A stretch of DNA of 64,000 bases from a bacterium (GCA_963674965.2 CAXXFL010000001.1:1056001-1120000); one strand, 5' to 3'. Positions 1 through 10,334 are shown, counted from the first letter of the stretch. Program-made: numbers and translations. The notes: a model not told the origin generated them from the letters alone.

Positions 1-240
1 CGCCGCCTTCTTGGCCGTTTTTTTAGCGGCCTTTTTTCCGGCGGAGCGGGACGAGCCCTTTTCCACGGCTTGCAGGAATGAAGAGAGTTCCTTGGGCGGC
101 CTTCCCCTTCGGGATGGGAATATCTTATCCACCTTGGCGGCGACCCTTTTCAGCTCGGCCTTCATCTCGTTCAATTCCTCGCTCATCTTTTCGAGGTATT
201 CCTCGAGCCCGGAAAGAACTTCTTTTTTAGTTTTTCTCAT
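1..240 (-). CDS. Small basic protein, runs off the window edge; coiled coil, AT-hook-like RRGRPPK and Lys/Ala-rich histone-H1-like tail
   Basis: Not in the ORF track. Read manually from ATG at 240 with AGGAGG upstream: MRKTKKEVLSGLEEYLEKMSEELNEMKAELKRVAAKVDKIFPSRRGRPPKELSSFLQAVEKGSSRSAGKKAAKKTAKKAA... Confidence 0.7.
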   Translation of the reverse strand, partial: MRKTKKEVLSGLEEYLEKMSEELNEMKAELKRVAAKVDKIFPSRRGRPPKELSSFLQAVEKGSSRSAGKKAAKKTAKKAA

Positions 241-720
241 TTCTTCCGCTTCCCTCCTTTGAAGATAAACCAACGCCAATTCATCCAAAAACCATACAAT
301 TAAAACCGGCAAGGCCGAAACGAATAAATATCGGTTTGCCTCGGCCGGCCTTCCCGCCTCCAGCGGCAAATGCACGCTCCTGATTTTAAATGAGTTTTTT
401 AACGCGCCCTTCCGGACGATGGAATTAAACTTTAATCCGGCTTGGATATACTGACAATGGGCATTAAAAATCTACGGCGTTTTCATAAGGTGATAAAGAA
501 TATATCATATGGGCCGAGTCATTTCAAGGCGGGATATTATTTAACATTTTATTCGCTTTTGACGGCCAATTTAAAACGGCGACGGATATTCAAATTTCAT
601 CTCCTCGCCGCTTCCCGGCGGCCGGGAATAGCGTGAAGCCGGAAAAAGCCGCCTTATAATATCGGGTTAATGCATACGCGAGTGAACGATCGGGTTCAGC
701 CTCTTATCTTTTCTTTCGCC

Positions 721-749
721 TTGACGGGAAACTCGATGGGAAATAAAAT
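721..749 (+). promoter_or_regulatory. Putative sigma-70 promoter for the amphi-Trp gene
   Basis: TTGACG-N17-TAAAAT. Confidence 0.55.
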
Positions 750-829
750 ATAGTAACAAGAGGCATATCGTTATTGAATAATCGATATATGGGAAAGGAC
801 CACTCCGCCGAATAGGGCGTCTTTTTCCG

Positions 830-1117
830 GTGAGGCAAAATAAATTGGTTTATGAAGACGACTTTGAATACGAATCGATCCAGGACCCCGAGACGATAAG
901 AGGACTTTTGGAGTCCCTCATCGAGGGCATTCAAAAGGGGACCATAATACTTTCGTCCAACGGCGACGAGATAGTCCTGCGTCCGGCGCCTCTCATGAAG
1001 TTCTCCATTAAGGCCTCAAGAAAGGGGACCGCCGGCAAGCTCAGCCTCAAGATTTCCTGGAAGGACGACAAGGACGTCGATCCGGGAACCAATGGCGGTC
1101 TGCAAATAACCAGCTAA
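830..1117 (+). CDS. Amphi-Trp domain-containing protein
   Basis: FEYESIQD...LESLIEGIQKGTIILS...IVLRP...KLSLKISWK, typical of the family including the terminal Trp; GTG start uncertain. Confidence 0.75.
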   Translation: MRQNKLVYEDDFEYESIQDPETIRGLLESLIEGIQKGTIILSSNGDEIVLRPAPLMKFSIKASRKGTAGKLSLKISWKDDKDVDPGTNGGLQITS

Positions 1118-1177
1118 TGGCCCCCGTCTTTCTCAGCCGCGCCGGCGGAAATTAAGCGCCCGCCAAGGGACCGTCTC

Positions 1178-1720
1178 ATGAGGACCTATTTGACCTCGGA
1201 CTCGGAGAAAAAAAAGCTCCGGGGCCTAAAGCGCAAGATGAGGCTTATGCGCGCCCTTCCCGGCCTGCTCGAGGACTTTGACCCCTGTCCCATACCCGGG
1301 CTTGGCTATTGGTACATGAAAATTCCCATGCCCTGGGCCGCCCTGGAGGGCCCGAAGGCCAAGCCGGCGGTAAGGCTGGAATGCGTCCGGCTAATGATCG
1401 AGTCGAGTATCGTCCTGGGCCGGTCCCTCTCCGGGGGCCGGGCCGAAGCCAGGTCGTTTTGCGTTATCCGCCTTCCCCGGCTGTTCGACTCCGAGCTTAT
1501 AGTTCATTTCGAAAGGGGTTTCCTCGAGGAGAAAATCCGCCTGGAACTCGAGTCCGACGGTCCCGAGTACTGGTACGAGCCCCTGCCTGAGGAAAGGAGC
1601 CTGATCGAGGAATGGCGTCTCGATACGTTCGAGGGGGTCCGGGAGAGGGGCCTTCTCGAGAGGATCGAGGACGAGAGCGGATCGAGAACGGGTGAGGTCT
1701 GGTACGTGGGAGACGTCTAA
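1178..1720 (+). CDS. DUF3916-like protein
   Basis: KKKLRGLKRK start, YWYMKIP, LPRLFDSELIV and C-terminal GEVWYVGD resemble DUF3916 proteins. Confidence 0.6.
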   Translation: MRTYLTSDSEKKKLRGLKRKMRLMRALPGLLEDFDPCPIPGLGYWYMKIPMPWAALEGPKAKPAVRLECVRLMIESSIVLGRSLSGGRAEARSFCVIRLPRLFDSELIVHFERGFLEEKIRLELESDGPEYWYEPLPEERSLIEEWRLDTFEGVRERGLLERIEDESGSRTGEVWYVGDV

Positions 1721-1726
1721 AGGGAG

Positions 1727-3058
1727 TTATCTTTCCCTGTCGCGATATTTCTTTACCATGGGCGCCACGGCCAGTACCAATCCCTCCAGGGCCAGGGCGG
1801 TCCCCATTATGCCCCATCCCGGCAGGATGCTGGAAGGCAGTGGAAAAACGTTCTCCAGGCCCGTTTTCTGGTAATGCCTTTTATAAAATTCCTGGGTCCT
1901 GGAGGGACCTCGGGTCACGATCTCTTCCCTTTCCTCGTCTGGTTTTACCTTTGACGGGTCCATCCATGGCAGGGCCTCGGCCAGGACCGCGGGGACCTCG
2001 GCCGCCCCCAGCCCTTCAGGGGGCTCGAACATGGTGACCGCCAGCGTGTCCCGCCTTGGCACCCTGGGTCCACGCGCCAGGATCATCAGGTTGGTCCCGC
2101 TCGTCGGGCCCTCCGGGTCTTTTATTAAGATCGACCGGGCGGCCAGCGACTCGGGAATGGTGTCCCGCTCCATCTTGAAGAACCAGGTCGTCCGGCCGGG
2201 TCCGCGGTCCCCGGCCCCGACGGTCTTGCCCGTCAAGGCTGAGACAAGCGTGGTCGGGGCCACCAGTGTCCGGGTGTCGATAATGGAGCCTCCCCTCAGC
2301 CTGAGGCTAATCGCTCGCCTTCCCTCGGTCAGGATGGACTCGGGCCGGGCCTCCATGACCGACCCGCGCCTGGCGATGGACTCGGCCGCCCTTTCCCGAT
2401 AGTCTCCCTCCGGGCCAAGTCCCGGATAGAGCAGGTTCATGGCCCCGAGAAGAAGGGCCACCTGGGCCGCCGGGGCATCGCCGGTCACGGGAAACCCGCC
2501 CAGCCCGGAGGCCGCGGCGAGAAAAAAACCCCGAGCCTCGGAGGGGGCGCCGGCGCACCAGACTTTAAAAGGCTCAGTCTCGGGCGGCCGCCAGCTTCTA
2601 AGCCGGAGCCTTTTCCAGAACGGTCTTTCCCGAGTCTCGGAGGACTCGAGGGGAAAGTCGTTCTCCGCGGCCGACGTCACGATGTCCTCCGCCATCCTTT
2701 TGAGCTGGGAACGATAATCCTCGAAGGCTCCCGCCAACTCGCCCCAATCCCGAGCGGCGAACTCCACGCGGCTCTGTCCGTTGGCGATGACGTCAATGGG
2801 CTTGCCCGCGACAATGACCTGGAAGTCGGGGAGATGGGAGGGGCGGGGAGCGGCGGTCGGCTTCAGGCCCGCGGCCCTCATCAGGTTCGTGACCCGGCCC
2901 GGGTCGATCGGTGAATCGAAGGCCAGGGGCAGGCCCGGGTCGGGCGCGCTCTCGATGAGGAACATGACCCTCAAGTCGGAGGCCGCGAAGGCCGCCGCGG
3001 CGGCCCATGAATCGAGGTCGTCCTTGCCTATCAGCGTAACGTCATAAAGTTTGCTCAT
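1727..3058 (-). CDS. Divergent FAD-dependent oxidoreductase-like protein (phytoene dehydrogenase/GDI-like fold)
   Basis: N-terminal beta-alpha-beta YDVTLIG...AAAAFAASDLRVMFLIE with degenerate GxGxxG; C-terminal TGLENVF...LPGWGIMG. Confidence 0.5.
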   Translation of the reverse strand: MSKLYDVTLIGKDDLDSWAAAAAFAASDLRVMFLIESAPDPGLPLAFDSPIDPGRVTNLMRAAGLKPTAAPRPSHLPDFQVIVAGKPIDVIANGQSRVEFAARDWGELAGAFEDYRSQLKRMAEDIVTSAAENDFPLESSETRERPFWKRLRLRSWRPPETEPFKVWCAGAPSEARGFFLAAASGLGGFPVTGDAPAAQVALLLGAMNLLYPGLGPEGDYRERAAESIARRGSVMEARPESILTEGRRAISLRLRGGSIIDTRTLVAPTTLVSALTGKTVGAGDRGPGRTTWFFKMERDTIPESLAARSILIKDPEGPTSGTNLMILARGPRVPRRDTLAVTMFEPPEGLGAAEVPAVLAEALPWMDPSKVKPDEEREEIVTRGPSRTQEFYKRHYQKTGLENVFPLPSSILPGWGIMGTALALEGLVLAVAPMVKKYRDRER

Positions 3059-3122
3059 GCCGAGGCTTCCGGGATATCGCCGTGAAGGGTTATCTTTTTC
3101 AACGCGGGGTCTCGAGCAACCA

Positions 3123-4172
3123 TCATCCGAGGGGCAGGTCGAAAAGGGTCATGACTTGGGGCCGGTCCTCTTTTGTGAACCTTCGGGCCTCCTCCTCGAT
3201 GATGGCGTTCACCTTGGTCAGCTCGGCCACCCTTTCCCTCGTGTTGCGCTGGGAAATCTCGCGCAGGTCGTCCACGTTGGCCAGGCTTACGTTTTCCACC
3301 TGGGCCACCTCGGGGTCCACGTTCCTCGGTATGGCCAGGTCTATGATAAAGAGTCTTCTTCCCGGCCTTGAGGCCATGACTTTCTCGATGGTTTTTTTCC
3401 TGACGAGCACGTGGGGAGCGCTGGTCGAGGTGACGAGCACGTCGACCTTTCCGATCTGGGACTCGAGCTCGGTGTAGTCCACGGCCCTTCCCCCCAGGTG
3501 ATGGGCCACGTCCTGGGCCCTGCTCAGGGTCCTGTTGACCACCAGGATGGTGGCGACGCCGTGGGCCGACAGGGACCGGGCCGTGAGTATCCCCATTTCA
3601 CCGGCCCCCAGGATCATGGTGGCCTTGTTCTTGAGACCGCCGAGCCGCTCCCTGGCCATCTCGACGGCCACCGAGGCAATGGACACTGGAGACTGTCCGA
3701 AGCCGGTCTCGGCCTTGACCCTTTCGGCCACCAGGGACGCGGCGCGGGCCAGCTTTTCCGTCTCGGGACCGAGAGTGCCCTCCTCCCTGGCCTGGGCGAA
3801 GGAGCGGCAAACCTGCCCGGCCACCTGGCATTCGCCCACCACCATCGAGTCGGCGCCGGCGCTGACCATGAAAAGATGGCCGACCGCGTCCCCGTTCCTT
3901 TTAAAATAAAAGTACCTGTTCACCTGCTCGTCATCGATCTCGTACTCGGCCTTGAGGAAATCCCTCAGGTCCCGTACCACCAAGTCGTCATCTCCCCCGG
4001 CCACGTAAAACTCGACCCGGTTGCAGGTGGTCACCACCACGACTTCATCCACTTGAATCGCCCGCTGTAGGCGCTTCCTGGCGTCGAAAAGCCTCACCCC
4101 GGAAAGAGCGGCTTTCTCCCGCAGCCAAAGCGGCGACGTCTTATGGTTGGTTCCAGCGAGAATTATCGCCAT
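3123..4172 (-). CDS. hemA: Glutamyl-tRNA reductase, short form lacking most of the C-terminal dimerization domain
   Basis: GTNHKT, TTCNRVEFY (catalytic Cys), DSMVVGEcQVAGQV, ILGAGEMG, IDLAIPRNV; 349 aa. Confidence 0.88.
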   Translation of the reverse strand: MAIILAGTNHKTSPLWLREKAALSGVRLFDARKRLQRAIQVDEVVVVTTCNRVEFYVAGGDDDLVVRDLRDFLKAEYEIDDEQVNRYFYFKRNGDAVGHLFMVSAGADSMVVGECQVAGQVCRSFAQAREEGTLGPETEKLARAASLVAERVKAETGFGQSPVSIASVAVEMARERLGGLKNKATMILGAGEMGILTARSLSAHGVATILVVNRTLSRAQDVAHHLGGRAVDYTELESQIGKVDVLVTSTSAPHVLVRKKTIEKVMASRPGRRLFIIDLAIPRNVDPEVAQVENVSLANVDDLREISQRNTRERVAELTKVNAIIEEEARRFTKEDRPQVMTLFDLPLG

Positions 4173-4339
4173 GGAAATCTCTCCCGTCCGCTAAACTTCA
4201 TATCGCGACGACGGTTTCAAATACCGCGATAACTTAATAAAATAACATGGATTCGCGAGAGTGACAAAGACCCGCCAATGAAAATTCCACGCGTCAAGGG
4301 CGCGCCTCGGCGCCGCCTCGCCTCTTTTCGTTTTGTATC

Positions 4340-5092
4340 TTAGTCGCTTTTGCTCTCGTCGTACTCTTTTTTGTCCTCACCGGGCTTTTCCTCCGCCCGT
4401 TCTTCCTCGTCCAAGCCTTCCGGCTCGATTTCCTCGCGGGATTCAGGCTCGACCATCTTGTCCTCGGACAGACTGTACTTGGATTTATCGAACTCGACGT
4501 CCCCATTGACGGAGATGGAATTAATCTTTCCTTTATCCACCGTGATCAGGCAATAGGGATTGGCCGATATGCCCGAAGGCGCCGTCCTCTCGGGAGCGCG
4601 GAACGTCTTGACCTCGAGCAGCAGGGAGCCGGATGACTCGCTCCAGTCGGTCACGGCCATGGACCGTCCGATCCTTCTTTGCTTGCCCCCGTAAATAAGG
4701 ACCACCGAGTTGTCCTCGAAATTCACGTCATAGCGCTCGGGCTTGGCGGATTTGCCCGCGTGTATCAACATATGAATGGACCTGTAAGAATTCTCATCGT
4801 CGGCTATCATGATTTTTGGGTCCTTGCTGAAGGCCGTCCCATAATCGCCGCACTCGAGTATCTTGAGCGGGTCTCCCCAGCCCGTCTTCTTGCTCTGGAG
4901 AATCTCCTTTTCCTTGTCCCTGTCCCGCTTCCTTGAGGACGTCGGCTCGGCCTTTTTCTCTTTTTCTTTTTCCTTTTCCTTTGGAACGGGCTTCTCGCCG
5001 CATGAAGCGATGGAAAATGAAAAAATTAAAACCACGCACGCCGCGACGGCCCTGGCCGACGGCTTTAAACGTCTCGTAATTTCCCTAACCAT
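4340..5092 (-). CDS. Lipoprotein with PrcB C-terminal-like domain
   Basis: Lipobox IASC, KE-repeat linker, VNFEDNSVVLIYGG...NPYCLITV resembling PrcB_C, acidic tail. Confidence 0.6.
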   Translation of the reverse strand: MVREITRRLKPSARAVAACVVLIFSFSIASCGEKPVPKEKEKEKEKKAEPTSSRKRDRDKEKEILQSKKTGWGDPLKILECGDYGTAFSKDPKIMIADDENSYRSIHMLIHAGKSAKPERYDVNFEDNSVVLIYGGKQRRIGRSMAVTDWSESSGSLLLEVKTFRAPERTAPSGISANPYCLITVDKGKINSISVNGDVEFDKSKYSLSEDKMVEPESREEIEPEGLDEEERAEEKPGEDKKEYDESKSD

Positions 5093-5360
5093 ATCGCTAA
5101 CCTCCCGGGCGTATATCCCCTTGATTGTGGCGGCGGTCCTTAATCCATAAGTTTTCCTTTAAAAATCAATACAACCACAATAGTACAATCGCAAGGAGGG
5201 CTTTGCAAGAGCCGGCCGCGTCATCAACCTGGCCCCTCCCCGTCTAAAAAACCAGTGCATAAGCCTTTCCCGGATCGAGCCCGGGCCGGCCAGTTCCCTG
5301 ATTTTGACGCTCGTCCGTAAACTTTAGTTTCGGTCCGCGCGAAAAAAAACAGCAGGGCTA

Positions 5361-5389
5361 TTGATTTAACGCCCCTTAGTTCATATATT
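5361..5389 (+). promoter_or_regulatory. Putative sigma-70 promoter for DUF1844-degQ
   Basis: TTGATT-N17-TATATT. Confidence 0.4.
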
Positions 5390-5561
5390 TTACCTGTTGG
5401 GGTTTTTGTTTTGTGGCCCTTAGCCGGCGTAATAATTTTGTTTTTCGCGCCGGAAGAGGCAAATGATTCATTATACCTGCGGCGAGGTTTTTTAAAGGCG
5501 CCCGGAGGTTTTCAGGAACGCGACCTGAAAATGGCAATCTAATAACGGTGAGGAGAGTGAC

Positions 5562-6044
5562 ATGTCAAGCGAAGATACACCAAAGGGATTCACGGTGGTT
5601 GACAGCCGAGTCAGCCGTGATGACGAAGGGGATCAAGGCCCCGGCGGGGACAAGGAAAATAAAAAGGCCGCGGATAAACCCGGCGGGGAGGGCGCGGTAA
5701 AAAGCGGCGAGACCTCCAAACCGGACGCCGCCGAGGAAAGCTTGGAAACCGGCGCGAGCATGGAAACCGACCATGCCCCCATCACCTTTCCCGGTTTTCT
5801 TCTTTCCCTCCATCATTCCGCGGCCATCTGCCTTGGGCTCGTTCCCGACCCGATACAAAACGAGAGGATTACCCGTCTGGACCTTGCCCGCGAAAACATC
5901 GACCTTCTCGAGATGCTAAAGGAAAAAACCAAGGGCAACCTGGACGCCGATGAGCAAAAGCTAATTGAGAACATACTCTACGACCTGCGCATGGCCTACG
6001 TCCAGGTATGCAAGGCGAGTGGAAAAGGAGATTGCGACTTATGA
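5562..6044 (+). CDS. DUF1844 domain-containing protein
   Basis: KGFTVVDSR start; LGLVPDP...LDLARENIDLLEMLKEKTKGNL...LYDLRMAYV. Confidence 0.85.
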   Translation: MSSEDTPKGFTVVDSRVSRDDEGDQGPGGDKENKKAADKPGGEGAVKSGETSKPDAAEESLETGASMETDHAPITFPGFLLSLHHSAAICLGLVPDPIQNERITRLDLARENIDLLEMLKEKTKGNLDADEQKLIENILYDLRMAYVQVCKASGKGDCDL

Positions 6045-7453
6045 GAAAGAAACTGACTTCGCGGGTCTTTGTCCCGGCGTTGGCGGCGGTTATTTGTCTT
6101 CTGGCCGGCCTTGGACTGGGAGCCAAACAGGGAGCGTTCTGGACCGATGGCTCGGACCTTCCCGCGTCCTCCCGCGTGGACGTGGGTCCCAAAAGCATGG
6201 CCCCCCTGGCCAAGAAGACCATGCCCGGAGTGGTCACGGTCTATACCAAACGAAAAGCGGTGGGCTACTTCTTCTTCGCGCCCGTCCCCTACGTGCAGGA
6301 GGGCTCGGGCAGCGGCTTTATCATCTCTTCCGACGGCTACATAGTGACCAACAACCACGTGGTGGCCGACTCCACCAGCATCAAGGTGGTGGTGGGGGTC
6401 GAGGAAAAGGACGAGTACGACGCCCGCCTGGTGGGCAAGGACCCGGACACGGACGTGGCCCTGATCAAGATCGAGGCGGACAACCTTCCGGTTCTTCCCC
6501 TTGGGGACTCGGAGGCCATCGAGGTGGGCGACTGGGTGGCGGCCATAGGAAGCCCCTTTAACTTCGCCCACACCTTTACCGTGGGCGTGGTCTCGGCCAA
6601 GGGCAGGCGCCTGGGCGTGGGCAACTACGACGACTTCATCCAGACCGACGCCTCCATCAACTCCGGCAACTCCGGCGGCCCCCTCGTCAACATGCGCGGC
6701 GAGGTGGTGGGGGTCAACACCATCATCGTGTCCCCCTCCGGCGGCAACGTGGGCATAGCCTTCGCCATTCCCATCAACCTGGTCAAGGCGGTCCTTCCCC
6801 AGATACGGGAAACGGGCAAGGTCACCCGGAGCTGGCTCGGCGTCTCGGTGGACGACGTTTCCAAGGAACTCGCGGACAGGATCGGTCTCGACTCTCCCAG
6901 CGGGGCCCACGTGGTGAGGCTGGTGGTCGACGGCCCCGCCGACCGGGCCGGCATCGAGGTCAACGACGTGATCGTCGACTTCAACGGCCGCCGCATCGAG
7001 GACTCGGGCGACCTTCCCATGGCCGTGTCGGCCTTCGGAGTGGGCCGCCAGGCGGAGATCACCTGGATAAGGGACGGCAAGAAGATGACCAGGACCATCG
7101 AGCTCGAGGCCATGCCCAGCGGGCGGGAGATGGCCTCCTATGAAGTGAAGGGGCAGGCTTCGACCGACAATATCCTCGGCCTTGGCGTCACGGACCTCTC
7201 GGAGGACGAGGTAAGAGGCTCGGGCGGAATATACGGCGGCGGCGTGAAGGTGGCCGAGGTCAAGCCCGGGAGCCTGGGCCAGCGCTACGGCCTGTCGCCT
7301 GGTGACGTGATCCTCAAGATCAACCGCTACGAGATAAACGACGTGGACGACTTCGAGAAGGCCGTGAGCAAGATCGATCCCGGCTCATTCGTCAAGATAA
7401 CCGCCAGGCGAGGCGGCATGATAATGAAGAAATCCTTCAGCGTGCCCCGCTGA
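6041..7453 (+). CDS. HtrA/DegP-DegQ family periplasmic serine protease with two PDZ domains
   Basis: TNNHVV, DTDVAL, QTDASINSGNSGGPL; start at 6041 (AAGGAG RBS, ATGA overlap with upstream gene). Confidence 0.93.
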   Translation: MRKKLTSRVFVPALAAVICLLAGLGLGAKQGAFWTDGSDLPASSRVDVGPKSMAPLAKKTMPGVVTVYTKRKAVGYFFFAPVPYVQEGSGSGFIISSDGYIVTNNHVVADSTSIKVVVGVEEKDEYDARLVGKDPDTDVALIKIEADNLPVLPLGDSEAIEVGDWVAAIGSPFNFAHTFTVGVVSAKGRRLGVGNYDDFIQTDASINSGNSGGPLVNMRGEVVGVNTIIVSPSGGNVGIAFAIPINLVKAVLPQIRETGKVTRSWLGVSVDDVSKELADRIGLDSPSGAHVVRLVVDGPADRAGIEVNDVIVDFNGRRIEDSGDLPMAVSAFGVGRQAEITWIRDGKKMTRTIELEAMPSGREMASYEVKGQASTDNILGLGVTDLSEDEVRGSGGIYGGGVKVAEVKPGSLGQRYGLSPGDVILKINRYEINDVDDFEKAVSKIDPGSFVKITARRGGMIMKKSFSVPR

Positions 7454-7471
7454 AAACCGGAGAATCCGGTA

Positions 7472-9037
7472 TTAATGCGCCCCGGGGGGCGGGCCGCCCT
7501 TGGCGGGACGGAAGAGGAGGACGAGGGGAACGACGAGAAGGGTGAACAGGAACATGACGAAGAAGACGTCGTTAAAGGCCATCATCATGGACTGCCGTAC
7601 GATCTGTCCGTAAAGTCCGCCGGTGGCGGCGGCCTCGGAGAAGGCGGGGGGCACGCCTCGGGAGAAGAGGTAATGGGAGTAGGTCGAGAGGGCTTGGCCG
7701 ATCTGGGGGTCGGCCAAGTCCAGGCGCTCGACCATCCGGAACTGGTGATGCTGGGCGCGCTGGGACAGAAGCGTCGAGCTCACGGCCACGCCGATGCTGG
7801 CGCCCACGTTGCGAAGGAGGTTGAAGATGCCCGTGGCGTTGCCCATCTGCTCCTTGGGAATCCCGGCCACGGTCAGGGTGGTAAGGGGCACGAAAAAGAA
7901 GGCCATGCCTATGCCCTGAATGACGCGGGGTAAAATGACGGAATGGAAATCGGCGGACAGGTTGAAGTGGGCCATAAGGAAAATCGAGCCCGCGGAGATG
8001 GAAAGCCCGGTCATGAGGATCGGGCGGGCAAAGCCTCGCTGGGAGAGCATGCCGGAAAGGGGCAGGAACAAGAGGGTGGCCGCTCCACCCGGTCCCAGTA
8101 CCAGCCCCGCCTGCACGGCGGTGTAGCCCATTAGCTTCTGAAGATAAAGGGGCAAAAGAACGATGCTGGAGAAGAAGGCCAGGAAGGTAAGGAACATGAG
8201 CGAGTTGCCCACCGCGAAGGACCGGTCCTTGAATGCCCGCAGGTTGACGATGGGCTCGTCCGTCATGTAAAGCTCCCACCAGATCAGGAAAAGGATTCCC
8301 GCGGCGGCCAGCACGGCAAAGAAGATAATGAACCGCGAGGCGAACCAGTCCTCCTGGTTGCCCTTGTCCAGGATGAGCTGGAGGGAACCGATGCCCACGG
8401 CCAGAAGGCCCATGCCCACGGCGTCGATCTTGGAGCGGGCCACCTTCAAATAGGGCGGGTCCGTGACCACCGCCGCGATGGCCAGGACCGAGACGATTCC
8501 AACCGGCACGTTGACGTAGAAAATCCAGCGCCAGCTAAGGTGGTCCGTGATATACCCTCCCAACAGCGGCCCGAAGATGGGGGCCGTCACCACCCCCATG
8601 CCATAGAAGGCCATGGCCGTGCCTCGCTGTTCCATGGGAAAGCTCTCGAGGAGTATGGCCTGGCTCATGGGCTGCATGGCACCCCCCATGAACCCCTGCA
8701 TTATCCGGCAGAAGATGAGGAAATACAGGGAGGGCGCGGACCCGCAAAGGAAGCTGAAAAAGGTGAACCCCGCCACGCAGGCCATGAGGAACCTCTTGCG
8801 CCCGAAGGTCTGGGCCAGCCATCCGGTCATGGGCAGGATGATGGCGTTGGCCACCAGGTATGAGGTCAGGACCCAGGTGACTTCCTCGAGCCCGGCGGAC
8901 AGGCTTCCCTGAATGTGGGTAAGGGAGACGTTGGCCACCGAGGTGTCGAGAATCTCCATGAAGGTGGGCGTCATCACGGTGACGGCGACGAGCCACTTGT
9001 TGGACGCCACGTATTCCTGGCCGGGGGGAGCGCTCAT
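7472..9037 (-). CDS. emrB: DHA2 (EmrB/QacA) MFS efflux permease
   Basis: MEILDTSVANVSL, WVLTSYLVANAI, WRWIFYVNVPVG; multi-TM protein. Confidence 0.9.
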   Translation of the reverse strand: MSAPPGQEYVASNKWLVAVTVMTPTFMEILDTSVANVSLTHIQGSLSAGLEEVTWVLTSYLVANAIILPMTGWLAQTFGRKRFLMACVAGFTFFSFLCGSAPSLYFLIFCRIMQGFMGGAMQPMSQAILLESFPMEQRGTAMAFYGMGVVTAPIFGPLLGGYITDHLSWRWIFYVNVPVGIVSVLAIAAVVTDPPYLKVARSKIDAVGMGLLAVGIGSLQLILDKGNQEDWFASRFIIFFAVLAAAGILFLIWWELYMTDEPIVNLRAFKDRSFAVGNSLMFLTFLAFFSSIVLLPLYLQKLMGYTAVQAGLVLGPGGAATLLFLPLSGMLSQRGFARPILMTGLSISAGSIFLMAHFNLSADFHSVILPRVIQGIGMAFFFVPLTTLTVAGIPKEQMGNATGIFNLLRNVGASIGVAVSSTLLSQRAQHHQFRMVERLDLADPQIGQALSTYSHYLFSRGVPPAFSEAAATGGLYGQIVRQSMMMAFNDVFFVMFLFTLLVVPLVLLFRPAKGGPPPGAH

Positions 9038-10065
9038 TTGCCGGTTGCTTCCTCGCCTTCCTCCACCAGTATGACGGGGACCACGCTCATGCCGATCCGG
9101 AGCGGATGGGCCTCGAGGTCCGCGTCGACGACCTTGATCCGCACGGGCACGCGCTGGACCACCTTGATGTAGTTGCCGGTGGCGTTCTCCGGAGGCAGCA
9201 GGCTGAAGGCCGCGCCGGTGCCGGCCATGATGCTCTCGACCTCGCCCTTGAACTTCACTCCCGGGTAGGCGTCCACCTTGAATTCGACTTTTTGGCCCGG
9301 CCGAACGTCGGTCAGGTCCGTCTCCTTGTAGTTGGCCGTGACGTGAACGCCCTCCAGCGGAACGATCGACATGATCGGCTGGCCCGCGGCCACCACCTGG
9401 CCAACGTAAACGTTCTTGCGCGTAACGTAGCCGGACGCGGGCGACGCGACCGACGTATACTCGAGCCGCAGGGCTATGCGGTCCACCTGCGCCCGCGCCA
9501 GCTGCACGGCGGACTCGTCTCCCTCCTCGTCCGGCAGCCCCAGCGTGGTCTCGACCTGCTTGCGCTGGTTATTCGCCGCCTCGATCTGGGCGTTGATCGC
9601 GTCCACCTGCGTCTTCACCCGGTCGTAGTCGTCCTCCGACACGTGCCGGCCGTTAAGCAGGCGGGACAGCCTTCCTTTCTCCTTTTCCAGGAGCGCCTTT
9701 TGCGCCTCGAGGGCCTCCGTCTGCGACCTGATTACCTCGATGGCCGCCCGCTGGCCAGCCACCTGGTTCTTCACCACCTCGAGGTTCTTTTGCGCCACCG
9801 CGAGCTCCGCCTCCAGGTCCTTGGGCTCGAGACGGGAAAGGACCTCCCCCGCCTGGACCAGTTGGTTCGAACGGACCGGGACCTCGATGACTCGTCCCGG
9901 AATCTGGAAACTGACAGGATATATGTCGCCCTCGATGAAGGCGTCGTCGGTGATAATGTGGGTCGACCGATAATCCAGATACCACGCGATCCCGCCGATG
10001 ACGGCGAGGAGGAGAAATAAAAGGACAACGCCTATCGCTTTCTTTTTCTTTTTTTCTTCCGCCAT
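9034..10065 (-). CDS. emrA: EmrA/HlyD-family membrane fusion protein
   Basis: TDDAFI, ANYKETDL, GTGAAFSLLPPENATGNYIKVVQRVPVRI; overlaps the emrB start. Confidence 0.9.
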   Translation of the reverse strand: MAEEKKKKKAIGVVLLFLLLAVIGGIAWYLDYRSTHIITDDAFIEGDIYPVSFQIPGRVIEVPVRSNQLVQAGEVLSRLEPKDLEAELAVAQKNLEVVKNQVAGQRAAIEVIRSQTEALEAQKALLEKEKGRLSRLLNGRHVSEDDYDRVKTQVDAINAQIEAANNQRKQVETTLGLPDEEGDESAVQLARAQVDRIALRLEYTSVASPASGYVTRKNVYVGQVVAAGQPIMSIVPLEGVHVTANYKETDLTDVRPGQKVEFKVDAYPGVKFKGEVESIMAGTGAAFSLLPPENATGNYIKVVQRVPVRIKVVDADLEAHPLRIGMSVVPVILVEEGEEATGK

Positions 10066-10334
10066 TATTTATAGCCTCATACGATTTTCGAGTAATCTTT
10101 CCGCCGGCGGGGCGCCCGAAAAAGCCCGCCTGCCGCGTCCGGGCGGCCGGGCGGAATGATTTCCATGGGTGACAGGAAGTTAACACCTTTTCCCATAAGC
10201 TTCAATAGCGGCGTAAGGTCCGCTGAAGGGGCGGATTTGCCCGCCTGGGGCGAGTGGTGACGATACGGGACACAAGCGGGACCTTCATAAGCGTTTCCCG
10301 ATAGTTTCATGGAATGGGCGGGGTAAAAAAATAG

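Noticed and set aside
4950-4985. Pyrimidine-rich simple repeat
   Set aside because: Encodes the KEKEKEKEK linker with mixed codons; not a phase-variable tract
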